Positions 25,293-34,405 of a stretch of DNA of 34,628 nt are shown here, piece after piece (within the stretch, counting starts at the first letter, position 1; every line of letters begins with the position of its first letter). The stretch comes from a virus (Duplodnaviria > Heunggongvirae > Uroviricota > Caudoviricetes), in the IMG/VR virus record IMGVR_UViG_2558860472_000005, positions 1 through 34,628 of that record. One strand, given 5' to 3'. Made by a program: the position numbers and the translations under genes. The notes beneath the pieces are model-generated. The model did no database searches. It was not told where the DNA came from and worked only from the letters and a program-made list of their open reading frames with translations.

Positions 25293-25561
25293 TGAAAGAG
25301 CTTGAGTTAAAGAAACCGATTATCGCTCATGGTGAGACACTCTCCGTACTGGAGTTTGATGAACCCACCGGGAAGGATGTCCGCGAGCTGGGGTATCCCT
25401 ACCAGATGAATCAGGATGAGTCCGTCAGACTTCTGGCGCATGTGGTGTCGAAATACATTGTGCGGCTGGCGAAAGTGCCGCAAAGCTCTGTCGACCAGAT
25501 GTCTCCGGCAGACCTGAATGCAGCGGCGTGGCTTGTGGCTGGTTTTTTCCTCCAGGCCTGA
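25292..25561 (+). CDS. Tail assembly chaperone (short form)
   Basis: 89 aa, immediately upstream of the tape measure gene, with a slippery site near its 3' end. Confidence 0.7.
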   Translation: MKELELKKPIIAHGETLSVLEFDEPTGKDVRELGYPYQMNQDESVRLLAHVVSKYIVRLAKVPQSSVDQMSPADLNAAAWLVAGFFLQA

Positions 25562-25710
25562 CGGCTGAATACCTCACTGATCGCTTCTTTGACTGCGCCA
25601 GCTACTGGCGCATTAATCCCTTCGAATTGCTGAATATGCCGATCAGTGAAATTCCCTTGCTGGTCAGTCAGGCAAACAGGATAGAGCAGGAGAAACGCAC
25701 ACATGGCTGA
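25292..25710 (+). CDS. Tail assembly chaperone, frameshift-extended form
   Basis: The fusion ...WLVAGFF/PPGLTAEYLTDRFF...EKRTHG is predicted from the slippery site. Confidence 0.6.
25543..25549 (+). promoter_or_regulatory. Programmed -1 frameshift slippery heptamer T_TTT_TTC
   Basis: The heptamer is in the correct X_XXY_YYZ phase of the chaperone frame. The -1 frame stays open to 25710 and ends overlapping the tape-measure start. Confidence 0.7.
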
Positions 25711-27538
25711 ATTTGAGCTTAAGGCGTTGATCACCGGTGTCGACAGGCTTTCTCCCGCGCTGTCGAAAATGCAAAAGAAAATCCGGGGATTTAAACGCCA
25801 GGCGGAAGAAGCGTCACAGGGTGGGCTGGCGCTTGGTGGCGGACTGGCAGCGGGGCTGACGCTTTCCCTGAAATCTTATGCCGATCAGGAAAACGCCGCT
25901 ACCGGGCTGAAAGTCGCCATGATGGATGCGAACGGCGAGGTTGGAAAGAGCTTTCAGGACATCAATAAACTGGCTATTGGCCTGGGTAACCAGCTACCCG
26001 GTACAACGGCTGATTTCCAGAACATGATGCAGATGCTGGTGCGTCAGGGGATCCCGGCAGAAAACATTCTGGGTGGTGTGGGTAAAGCGACAGCTTATCT
26101 TGCGGTACAACTGAAAAAAACACCGGAAGCGGCTGCCGAGTTTGCCGCAAAGATGCAGGATGCTACCGGAACGGCCTCAGAAGACATGATGGGGCTGTTC
26201 GACACAATTCAGAAGGCGTTTTATCTGGGCGTTGACGACACCAACATGCTGTCATTCTTCACTAAAACCAGCTCTGTTCTGAAGATGGTGAATAAGGACG
26301 GTCTTCAGGCTGCACAGAGTCTTGCCCCCATCAGTGTCATGATGGATCAGATGGGGATGAACGGGGAGTCGGCAGGTAATGCCCTGCGAAAAGTTATCCA
26401 GTCCGGATTAAGCGTTAAGAAAATCAGGGACGTCAATAAAATCATGGCCCGCCAGAAACTCGGGGTACAGCTCGATTTTACTGATGGCAAAGGGAGTTTT
26501 GGTGGTCTTGATAACATGTTTAAGCAACTGGCAAAGTTGCGAAAACTGACCGACGTTAAGCGAACAGGCGTACTTAAGGCAATATTTGGTGATGATGCCG
26601 AAACCCTTCAGGTGGTCAATGCACTAATCGATAAAGGAAAGGATGGCTACGATCAGATCCAGCAGAAGATGAATAAACAGGCCAGCCTGAATAAACGTGT
26701 TCAGGCACAGCTTGGTACGCTGTCCAACCTGTGGGAGGCAATGACGGGGACCGCAACTAACGGCCTTGCGGCTATTGGCGGCGCATTTTCTGGTGACGCC
26801 AAAAATATCACGCAATGGCTGGGGGAGTTGGGGGAAAATTTCACGAAGTTTGCGGATGAAAATCCCCGGGTTATTCGCGGCGTCGTCGGGCTTGCTGCCG
26901 GTCTTGCGGTTCTGAAACTGGGATTGATGGGCGTGGGCAGTGCCATCAGTATTGTCAGCAGGATTATGTCGATGACGCCGATTGGCGTGATTGCGACGGC
27001 GATAGCCCTGGCTGCGGGATTAATTATCACTAACTGGGATGTTGTCGGACCTTATTTCAAGAAGCTCTGGGAAACCATTAGTCCTTATTTTGAGGCTGGC
27101 TGGGAACTTCTGAAGAAGGTTTTTGCCTGGTCGCCGCTGGGGATGGTGATCAATAACTGGGGACCGGTTGTTAAGTGGTTTCAGGATATGTGGGATAAGC
27201 TGAAGCCGATTATTGAATGGTTTACCGACAGTTCCGGTGACACGGTCGATGCCATTAACTCGGCGCAGTGGGGCGCGGGTGCTTATGATGCTTATGGGAC
27301 GGGAATACCGGCGCGGGGATACACACCTTATCCGGCGGTAGATCTGGCTCAGGCAAACAACGCCTCCGATGCCACAGGCCCGAATCCCTTCATGATTAAC
27401 AAAGCTTCTGCGCCAAAAGTTGACGGTGAGATCAAGGTCTCTTTTGTGAATTCGCCTCCGGGTATGCGGGTTATGGAAACGCGATCCAGCGGTTTTGATA
27501 TGAATCACGATGTTGGCTATACGCATATTGGCAGATGA
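25703..27538 (+). CDS. Tail tape measure protein
   Basis: 611 aa and helical, with a hydrophobic block (GVVGLAAGLAVLKLGLMGVGSAISIV ... IATAIALAAGLII). It lies after the chaperone pair. Confidence 0.9.
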   Translation: MAEFELKALITGVDRLSPALSKMQKKIRGFKRQAEEASQGGLALGGGLAAGLTLSLKSYADQENAATGLKVAMMDANGEVGKSFQDINKLAIGLGNQLPGTTADFQNMMQMLVRQGIPAENILGGVGKATAYLAVQLKKTPEAAAEFAAKMQDATGTASEDMMGLFDTIQKAFYLGVDDTNMLSFFTKTSSVLKMVNKDGLQAAQSLAPISVMMDQMGMNGESAGNALRKVIQSGLSVKKIRDVNKIMARQKLGVQLDFTDGKGSFGGLDNMFKQLAKLRKLTDVKRTGVLKAIFGDDAETLQVVNALIDKGKDGYDQIQQKMNKQASLNKRVQAQLGTLSNLWEAMTGTATNGLAAIGGAFSGDAKNITQWLGELGENFTKFADENPRVIRGVVGLAAGLAVLKLGLMGVGSAISIVSRIMSMTPIGVIATAIALAAGLIITNWDVVGPYFKKLWETISPYFEAGWELLKKVFAWSPLGMVINNWGPVVKWFQDMWDKLKPIIEWFTDSSGDTVDAINSAQWGAGAYDAYGTGIPARGYTPYPAVDLAQANNASDATGPNPFMINKASAPKVDGEIKVSFVNSPPGMRVMETRSSGFDMNHDVGYTHIGR

Positions 27539-27554
27539 CGGAACCAGATATAAT
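27528..27554 (+). promoter_or_regulatory. Candidate promoter of the PH-domain cassette
   Basis: TTGGCA (27528-27533), 15-nt spacer, perfect TATAAT (27549-27554). The spacer is short, so this is tentative. Confidence 0.35.
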
Positions 27555-27590
27555 TTGTCTTTAAGTTTGTTATCAACTGAAGGGAAATCT

Positions 27591-27968
27591 ATGGGTCTGT
27601 TACATGCCATTATAGGTAATGCCGGTGAAATTAATGCATCAGATGCACAACAGGAATTAGGGGCTGTTTTAGGTGAGGGAGAAAATGTCGAACTTGCCTA
27701 TAAACTCATTCGTGACCAAATTATTCTGACTAACAGAAGGTTAATTTTTATTGATAAGCAGGGTGTCACAGGGAAAAAAGTAGAGTATCGTTCGATTCCT
27801 TATAAATCTGTGACAAACTTTTCTATTGAAACCGCCGGGCATCTTGATCTTGATGCTGAAATGAAGATCTGGATTTCTGGTATTGCAGAACCGATAAAAA
27901 AACAGTTCAGTAAAGGAGCAAACATTTATAAATTGCAGGCTCATCTGGCTCAAAAAATAGCAGGGTAA
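27591..27968 (+). CDS. Bacterial PH-domain protein (bPH_1 / YokE-like)
   Basis: The likely start is ATG at 27591 after GAAGGGA. MGLLHAIIGNAGEINASDAQQELGAVLGEGENVELAYKLIRDQIILTNRRLIFIDKQGVTGKKVEYRSIPYKSVTNFSIETAG..DLDAEMKIWISG matches the remembered bPH_1 family pattern. G+C is lower than the flanking tail genes. Confidence 0.7.
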   Translation: MGLLHAIIGNAGEINASDAQQELGAVLGEGENVELAYKLIRDQIILTNRRLIFIDKQGVTGKKVEYRSIPYKSVTNFSIETAGHLDLDAEMKIWISGIAEPIKKQFSKGANIYKLQAHLAQKIAG

Positions 27969-27994
27969 ACCTTACATTAATTTATGTCTTTCAT

Positions 27995-28018
27995 GCCCAC
28001 TTCGGTGGGCTTTTTTAT
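27995..28018 (+). terminator. Rho-independent terminator after the PH-domain gene
   Basis: GCCCAC-TTCG-GTGGGC followed by a T6 tract. Confidence 0.75.
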
Positions 28019-28031
28019 ATCCGGAGTTTAT

Positions 28032-29360
28032 ATGACGTGGAAAGACAGGCTTCAGGACGCGTCATTTCGCGGTGTGCCGTTTAAGGTTGAAGAAGAAAGT
28101 GCGGGAACAGGTCGCCGTGTGGAAACACACGAATATCCGAACCGCGACAAACCCTATACCGAAGATCTGGGAAAAGTCACTTTCCGCCCGTCCATCACGG
28201 CTTATGTGGTGGGCGATGACTGCTTTGACCAGCGCGATCGCCTGATTGACGCGCTGAATAAACCCGGTCCCGGCACGCTTGTCCATCCGACTTACGGTGA
28301 GCTGAAAGTCTGTGTTGACGGGGAAGTTCGGGTCAGCACATCGAAGAGTGAAGGGCGTATTGTCCGCTTTGACCTGAAGTTTGTCGAAGCGGGAGAACTC
28401 TCTTACCCCACTTCAGGTGTGGCGACGGCGCAGACGCTGATGTCATCCTGTTCTGCACTGGATGACTGCATCAGTGACAGTTTCAGTGGTTTCAGTATCG
28501 ATGGCGTGGCGGATTTTGTGCAGAACGACGTCGTCGGTAATGCCAGCACAATGCTTGGGTATGTTTCTGATGCGATGAAAGTGGTGGATTCTGTCGTATC
28601 GGATGCCGCCAGACTGTTGCAGGGGGATATCTCGGTACTTCTGCCTCCGCCATCGTCAGGCAAAAACTTCGTTGAGCAGGTGCAGAAAATGTGGCGTACC
28701 GGGAAACGCCTTTATGGTAACGCCAGCGACCTGGTCACCATGATCAAGACGCTTTCCGGTGTCAGCCTTGGCAGCGATCTGCAACCGCGCGGCGTCTGGA
28801 AAACGGTCAGTAAAACCACCGCCAAGGCTACGCAGCAGCGTAACGTGGTTGCCAGCACCCTTCGTACGACCGCAATCAGCGAAGCGGCGTATGCCATCAC
28901 CCGATTGCCTGCGCCAACAACTTCCGCGGTGATGCAGAATGCCGCAGTGGGGCAGTCAACAACACCCGCGCAGAGCACCGGCTGGCCTTCCGTCACGCAT
29001 CCGGCACTGAACAATGCACCGGCGGTGAAAAACACGGTTGACCTGCCAACGTGGGAAGAACTGACTGACATTCGCGACACACTGAATACGGCAATTGATA
29101 AGGAGTTGTCCCGTACAACCAGTGATGCGCTGTTTCTGGCACTGCGCCGGGTGAAAGCAGATCTGAATGCGGATATCAACACGCGCCTTGAACAGTCTGC
29201 ACGGATCATTCAGCGCACGCCGGATGAGGTCTTACCCGCGCTGGTGCTGGCGGCGACCTGGTTTGATAACGCGGCGCGTGACGCGGACATTATCCGGCGT
29301 AATGCCATTACGCATCCCGGCTTTGTGCCGGTGATCCCTCTGAAGGTGCCAGTGCAATGA
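28032..29360 (+). CDS. DNA circulation protein (Mu gpN-like)
   Basis: The true start is probably ATG at 28032 after GGAG, because the track start 27984 would include the terminator. MTWKDRLQDASFRGVPFKVEEES..GRRVETHEYPNRDKPYTEDLG is the typical N-terminal domain. Confidence 0.8.
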   Translation: MTWKDRLQDASFRGVPFKVEEESAGTGRRVETHEYPNRDKPYTEDLGKVTFRPSITAYVVGDDCFDQRDRLIDALNKPGPGTLVHPTYGELKVCVDGEVRVSTSKSEGRIVRFDLKFVEAGELSYPTSGVATAQTLMSSCSALDDCISDSFSGFSIDGVADFVQNDVVGNASTMLGYVSDAMKVVDSVVSDAARLLQGDISVLLPPPSSGKNFVEQVQKMWRTGKRLYGNASDLVTMIKTLSGVSLGSDLQPRGVWKTVSKTTAKATQQRNVVASTLRTTAISEAAYAITRLPAPTTSAVMQNAAVGQSTTPAQSTGWPSVTHPALNNAPAVKNTVDLPTWEELTDIRDTLNTAIDKELSRTTSDALFLALRRVKADLNADINTRLEQSARIIQRTPDEVLPALVLAATWFDNAARDADIIRRNAITHPGFVPVIPLKVPVQ

Positions 29361-30436
29361 ACGATAACGTCACGCTACGGGTAAATGGCCGGGAGTGGAA
29401 TGGCTGGACATCGGTGCGCATCGGTGCCGGTATTGAACGGCTGGCGCGGGATTTCAGCGTGGAGATCACCCGCCAGTGGCCGGGAGATGAGGGTATCACC
29501 ACGCTTCAGCCGCGCATTAAAAATGGTTCAAAAGTGGAAGTGCTGATTGGTGATGAGCTGGTGATCACCGGCTGGGTGGAGGCGACCCCCGTTCGTTACG
29601 ATGCCCGTTCGGTCAGCACAGGTATTGCCGGACGTAGTCTGACTGCTGACCTGATTGACTGTGCAGCCGAACCGACACAGTTTAACGGACGATCGCTGGT
29701 ACAGATTGCGCAGGCGCTTGCTGCGCCTTTCGGCATTGAGGTGGTGAACAGCGATGCGCCGTCGGGTGTTATTCCGGATGTCCAGCCTGATCACGGTGAA
29801 ACGGTGATCGAGGTGATCAACAAAATACTCGGTCAGCAGCAGGCGCTGGCTTATGACGACCCGCACGGCAGGCTGGTGATTGGTGGTATTGGCTCAACGC
29901 GGGCACATACCGCGCTGGTACTTGGGGAAAACATCCTTTCCTGTGATACGGAGAAGAGTATCCGGGAGCGGTTTTCAGTTTACCAGGTGGCGGGGCAGCG
30001 TGCCGGAAACGACGATGATTTCGGTGAGGCCACCACCACCGCGCTGCGGGCCCGCACAGAGGACGCATTTATTGCCCGTTACCGTCCGATGTATATCAGG
30101 CAGACAGGGCAGGCTACGGGGGCAGGCTGTATTGCCCGTGCGGACTTTGAAGCCCGACAACGGGCGGCGCGGACGGATGAAACCACCTATGTGGTGCAGG
30201 GCTGGCGACAGGGTAACGGTACGCTGTGGCAGCCTAACCAGCGGGTGATTGTCTTTGATCCGGTCTGTGGTTTCGACAATACCGAACTGCTTGTTTCGGA
30301 AGTCACGTTTACTCAGGACCAGAACGGCACCCTGACGGAAATCCGTGTCGGCCCGCCTGATGCTTATCTGCCTGAACCCGAAGCCCCCGGCGCGCGGAAA
30401 AAGAAAAAAGCCAGAGTACAGGAGGACCCGTTCTGA
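29357..30436 (+). CDS. Baseplate hub / late control D-like protein (Mu gpP-like)
   Basis: 359 aa. Assigned from position and the Mu-like gene order. Confidence 0.75.
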   Translation: MNDNVTLRVNGREWNGWTSVRIGAGIERLARDFSVEITRQWPGDEGITTLQPRIKNGSKVEVLIGDELVITGWVEATPVRYDARSVSTGIAGRSLTADLIDCAAEPTQFNGRSLVQIAQALAAPFGIEVVNSDAPSGVIPDVQPDHGETVIEVINKILGQQQALAYDDPHGRLVIGGIGSTRAHTALVLGENILSCDTEKSIRERFSVYQVAGQRAGNDDDFGEATTTALRARTEDAFIARYRPMYIRQTGQATGAGCIARADFEARQRAARTDETTYVVQGWRQGNGTLWQPNQRVIVFDPVCGFDNTELLVSEVTFTQDQNGTLTEIRVGPPDAYLPEPEAPGARKKKKARVQEDPF

Positions 30437-30984
30437 TGAGGACGATTGAAGCCATGCAGCGACAACTCCTCGGCCTGATTGGGCGGGCCGTGGTGAAAAG
30501 CATCAGTGCCGCCACGAAATGTCAGACCGTGGATGTGTCCCTGATTGCCGGTGAACCCAAAGCCGGGGTTGAACATCTTGAACCCTACGGTTTTACCGCA
30601 AGGGCAAACAGCGGTGCGGAAGCGGTGGTGTTGTTTCCGGATGGCGACCGTTCTCATGCGGTGGTTGTTACGGTGTCGGACCGTCGCTACCGCCTGAAAG
30701 GGCTGCAGACTGGGGAGGTGGCTGTCTATGACGATCAGGGGCAGTCCGTGACGCTGACCCGGGAGGGGATCGTGGTGGACGGTGCAGGTAAAACGATCAC
30801 GTTTCGCAATGCGCCTAAGGCACGTTTTGAAATGGGCCTGGAAGTGACAGGACAGGTGAAAGACCTGTGCGACTCCGGCGGCACCACCATGTCAGCGATG
30901 CGGCTTGCCTATAACGGGCATCGTCACAGAGAGAACGGTCAGGGCAGTAACACCGACAAACCTGATAAAGCGATGGAGGCATGA
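30436..30984 (+). CDS. Baseplate assembly protein V / spike (Mu gp45-like)
   Basis: 182 aa. ..EHLEPYGFTARANSGAEAVVLFPDGDRSHAVVV.. is typical of gpV-type spikes. Confidence 0.8.
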   Translation: MRTIEAMQRQLLGLIGRAVVKSISAATKCQTVDVSLIAGEPKAGVEHLEPYGFTARANSGAEAVVLFPDGDRSHAVVVTVSDRRYRLKGLQTGEVAVYDDQGQSVTLTREGIVVDGAGKTITFRNAPKARFEMGLEVTGQVKDLCDSGGTTMSAMRLAYNGHRHRENGQGSNTDKPDKAMEA

Positions 30985-31409
30985 TGGAACTGTGGCTGAC
31001 GGTGAACGGTAAACGCACCTGCGCCAGCGCACCGCTGGATCCGCTGACCCGCGCCGTGGTGATTTCCCTGTTTACCTGGCGGCGGGCGGAGCCTGATGAC
31101 AACGCCGACGTCCCGATGGGATGGTGGGGGGATACCTGGCCTGCGGTACAGAATGACCGTTACGGCTCCCGACTGTGGCTGCTTCAGCGCAGCAAACTGA
31201 CCAATCAGCTGGTGCAGACGGTAAGGGGGTATATCCGCGAATGCCTGCAATGGATGATTGATGACGGCGTGGTGTCCCGTATTGATCTGGATATCCGCCG
31301 CACCGGGATTAATGAACTGGGTAACAGTATCACTCTCTGGCGTCGTGACGGACCGGTAATGATTTCTTTTGATGATCTGTGGAGTGCGATAACGCATGGC
31401 GGACAGTGA
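30981..31409 (+). CDS. Baseplate protein gp46-like
   Basis: 142 aa with a 4-nt overlap, located between the V-like and J-like genes. Confidence 0.7.
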   Translation: MMELWLTVNGKRTCASAPLDPLTRAVVISLFTWRRAEPDDNADVPMGWWGDTWPAVQNDRYGSRLWLLQRSKLTNQLVQTVRGYIRECLQWMIDDGVVSRIDLDIRRTGINELGNSITLWRRDGPVMISFDDLWSAITHGGQ

Positions 31410-32454
31410 ATTTCAGCGCCCGACGCTGGCAGAAAATATCAGTATGCTCCGTAACGATTTATTCGCCAGGCTGGACGTCAGCGACACGCTCCGGCGCATG
31501 GATGAAGACGTGCGGGCAAAGGTGTATGCGGCGGCGCTGCATACGGTTTACGGGTACATCGATTATCTGGCAATGAACATGCTGCCTGACCTGTGCGATG
31601 AGTCCTGGCTGGCGCGACATGCTGCGATGAAACGGTGTCCGCGCAAGGGGGCCACGACTGCCAGCGGGTATATGCGCTGGGAAGGCGTCAGCGATGGCCT
31701 GAAGGTGACCGCCGGGAGTGTTATTCAGCGCGATGACCTGGTTCAGTACACGGCAACTGCCGATGCAACCAGCGCCGGTGGTGTCTTGCGCGTGCCGATC
31801 GCCTGCTCAAGTGCAGGCGCGGTCGGTAACGCTGACGACGGTACGTCATTAATCCTGGTCACGCCGGTTAATGGTCTGCCGTCTTCCGGCGTGGCAGACA
31901 CTCTGACAGGTGGATTTGATACTGAAGATCTGGAAACGTGGCGCGCCCGCGTCATTGAGCGGTATTACTGGACGCCTCAGGGCGGGGCTGACGGGGACTA
32001 TGTTGTCTGGGCTAAAGAAGTGCCCGGCATTACCCGCGCATGGGCATACCGTCACTGGATGGGAACGGGGACTGTCGGTGTGATGATTGCCAGCAGTGAC
32101 CTGATTAATCCCATTCCGGAAGAATCAACGGAAACGGCGGCAAGACAACATATCGGGCCACTGGCCCCGGTGGCAGGCTCTGATTTGTATGTGTTCAGGC
32201 CGGTGGCGCATACGGTGGATTTTCATATCCGTGTGACGCCAGATACACCGGAAATACGGGCTGCCATCACCGCGGAGTTGCGTTCGTTCCTGTTGCGTGA
32301 TGGTTATCCGCAGGGAGAACTGAAGGTGTCGCGTATCAGTGAAGCGATTTCCGGTGCGAACGGGGAATACAGCCATCAATTGCTTGCACCGGCGGAAAAT
32401 ATCTCCATTGCAAAAAATGAACTGGCGGTTCTGGGGACGATTTCATGGACGTGA
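31396..32454 (+). CDS. Baseplate J-like protein (Mu gp47-like)
   Basis: 352 aa, in the position and with the pattern of the baseplate wedge J family. Confidence 0.8.
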   Translation: MADSEFQRPTLAENISMLRNDLFARLDVSDTLRRMDEDVRAKVYAAALHTVYGYIDYLAMNMLPDLCDESWLARHAAMKRCPRKGATTASGYMRWEGVSDGLKVTAGSVIQRDDLVQYTATADATSAGGVLRVPIACSSAGAVGNADDGTSLILVTPVNGLPSSGVADTLTGGFDTEDLETWRARVIERYYWTPQGGADGDYVVWAKEVPGITRAWAYRHWMGTGTVGVMIASSDLINPIPEESTETAARQHIGPLAPVAGSDLYVFRPVAHTVDFHIRVTPDTPEIRAAITAELRSFLLRDGYPQGELKVSRISEAISGANGEYSHQLLAPAENISIAKNELAVLGTISWT

Positions 32455-33029
32455 CAAACGATGATTACATCCGTCTGTTGTCGGCACTGCTGCCGCCCGG
32501 TCCGGCGTGGTCAGCCAGCGATCCGGCGATTGCCGGTGCGGCACAGTCATTAACCCGCGTTCATCAGCGTGCGGATGCCCTGATGCGGGAGCTGGATCCG
32601 CGCACCACCACCGAACTGATAAATCGCTGGGAGCGTCTGTGCGGCCTGCCGGATGAATGTATTCCCGCAGGAACACAGACCCTTCGCCAGCGTCAGCAAC
32701 GACTGGATGCGAAGGTTAACCTGGCGGGCGGCATCAATGAGGATTTTTACCTTGCACAGCTTGCTGCCCTGGGCAGACCAGACGCCACCATCACGCGATA
32801 CGACAAAAGCACGTTCACCTGCTCATCGGCCTGTACTGACGCGGTGAATGCGCCGGAATGGCGGTATTACTGGCAGGTCAACATGCCAGCCGCCACCAAC
32901 AGCACCTGGATGACATGTGGCGATCCCTGTGATTCCGCGCTGCGTATCTGGGGCGACACCGTCGTCGAATGTGTGCTTAACAAACTCTGCCCTTCGCATA
33001 CCTACGTAATTTTTAAATATCCGGAGTAA
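32445..33029 (+). CDS. Baseplate/tail protein gp48-like (YmfQ-like, DUF2313)
   Basis: 194 aa. [16 protein letters not shown] pattern, located immediately before the tail fibre gene. Confidence 0.75.
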   Translation: MDVTNDDYIRLLSALLPPGPAWSASDPAIAGAAQSLTRVHQRADALMRELDPRTTTELINRWERLCGLPDECIPAGTQTLRQRQQRLDAKVNLAGGINEDFYLAQLAALGRPDATITRYDKSTFTCSSACTDAVNAPEWRYYWQVNMPAATNSTWMTCGDPCDSALRIWGDTVVECVLNKLCPSHTYVIFKYPE

Positions 33030-33032
33030 TCC

Positions 33033-33803
33033 ATGCATCGTATAGACACGAAAACCGCGCAGAAGGATAAGTTCGGCGCGGGTAAGAACGGTTTTACCCG
33101 TGGTAACCCCCAGACTGGCACGCCTGCCACCGATCTGGATGATGACTACTTTGACATGTTGCAGGAGGAGCTTTGCAGCGTGGTGGAGGCATCCGGTGCC
33201 AGCCTGGAGAAGGGGCGGCACGATCAGTTGCTTACCGCACTTCGCGCGCTGCTGTTAAGCCGCAAGAATCCGTTTGGCGATATCAAATCGGATGGCACGG
33301 TGAAAACGGCTCTCGAAAACCTTGGTTTGGGAGAAGGTTCGGCATTACCCGTTGGTGTGCCTGTTCCGTGGCCTTCCGCCACTCCGCCAACAGGCTGGCT
33401 GAAATGCAACGGTGCGGCATTTTCTGCTGAAGAATACCCGGAACTGGCAAAGGTTTACCCGACAAATAAATTGCCTGATTTACGCGGTGAGTTTATTCGT
33501 GGCTGGGATGACGGACGTGGTATTGATGCTGGACGAGCTTTATTGAGCATTCAGACAGGGATGCTGGAAAAGCACCGCCATATTGTTGTAGCCAATGATG
33601 GTTATGACACACAAGATGAATGGGAACTGGCTACGATTTTCAAAAAAACATACACACAAGGACGGGGGCTTGATGCCACAAATACAGGAGGGAGTCTGAT
33701 CCCATCACCGACACTTCATTCACGAGGGAGTATCGGTAATACTGGCGGGAGTGAAACCCGTCCACGAAATATTGCATTTAACTATATCGTGAGGGCTGCA
33801 TAA
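33033..33803 (+). CDS. Tail fibre protein with tail-collar domain; constant N-terminus plus invertible C-terminus
   Basis: Collar motif [38 protein letters not shown] Din-family crossover site lies inside the gene at 33310-33335. Confidence 0.8.
   Translation: MHRIDTKTAQKDKFGAGKNGFTRGNPQTGTPATDLDDDYFDMLQEELCSVVEASGASLEKGRHDQLLTALRALLLSRKNPFGDIKSDGTVKTALENLGLGEGSALPVGVPVPWPSATPPTGWLKCNGAAFSAEEYPELAKVYPTNKLPDLRGEFIRGWDDGRGIDAGRALLSIQTGMLEKHRHIVVANDGYDTQDEWELATIFKKTYTQGRGLDATNTGGSLIPSPTLHSRGSIGNTGGSETRPRNIAFNYIVRAA
33310..33335. promoter_or_regulatory. Din-family (Pin/Gin/Hin/Cin-type) invertase crossover site
   Basis: The reverse complement TTCTCCCAAACCAAGGTTTTCGAGAG is a 12-2-12 imperfect palindrome. 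It closely resembles hixL TTCTTGAAAACCAAGGTTTTTGATAA and gix TTCCTGTAAACCGAGGTTTTGGATAA. Confidence 0.7.
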
Positions 33804-34405
33804 TGGATAACGCTGTATTAAATAGCGAGCTTATTGCCACGAAGGCGGGGAATATTACCGTCTATAACTATGATTGTGAAACTCGGGAATATATTTCCAC
33901 ATCAACTGAATATCTTGCTGTGGGTGTCGGTATTCCGGCATGTTCCTGTCTGGAGGCACCTGGCATATACAAGGCTGGTTATGCAATTTGTCGCTCTGTG
34001 GATTTAAATTCATGGGAATATATGCCAGACCATCGCGGTGAAATCGTCTATAACACCGAAACGGGAGACGCCAAAGAAATCACAGCTCCGGGTGATTACC
34101 CCGAAAATACAACCACTATCGCCCCGTTAACGCCATACGATAAATGGGATGGTGAGAAATGGGTGACCGATACTGAGGCACAGCATTGCGCCGCAGTAGA
34201 CGCGGCAGAAGCACAGCGTCAGTCACTGATTGATACTGCAATGGCTTCCATCAGTCTGATTCAACTGAAATTGCAGGCCGGGCGGAAGCTGACGCAGGCA
34301 GAAACCACCCGACTTAACGCTGTGCTGGATTACATTGACGCGGTGACGGCAACAGATACCAGCACCGCGCCGGATGTCATCTGGCCTGAACTGCCGGATG
34401 CGTAG
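33803..34405 (+). CDS. Tail fibre assembly chaperone (Tfa)
   Basis: 200 aa. Its ATG overlaps the fibre stop. The conserved C-terminus is LDYIDAVTATDTSTAPDVIWPELP. Confidence 0.8.
   Translation: MDNAVLNSELIATKAGNITVYNYDCETREYISTSTEYLAVGVGIPACSCLEAPGIYKAGYAICRSVDLNSWEYMPDHRGEIVYNTETGDAKEITAPGDYPENTTTIAPLTPYDKWDGEKWVTDTEAQHCAAVDAAEAQRQSLIDTAMASISLIQLKLQAGRKLTQAETTRLNAVLDYIDAVTATDTSTAPDVIWPELPDA

Noticed and set aside
27510-27590. N-terminal extension of the PH-domain ORF, and the 27984 start of the DNA-circulation ORF
   Set aside because: The extensions overlap the tape-measure 3' end or include the terminator hairpin. Internal ATGs at 27591 and 28032 have proper SDs and give the family-typical N-termini.
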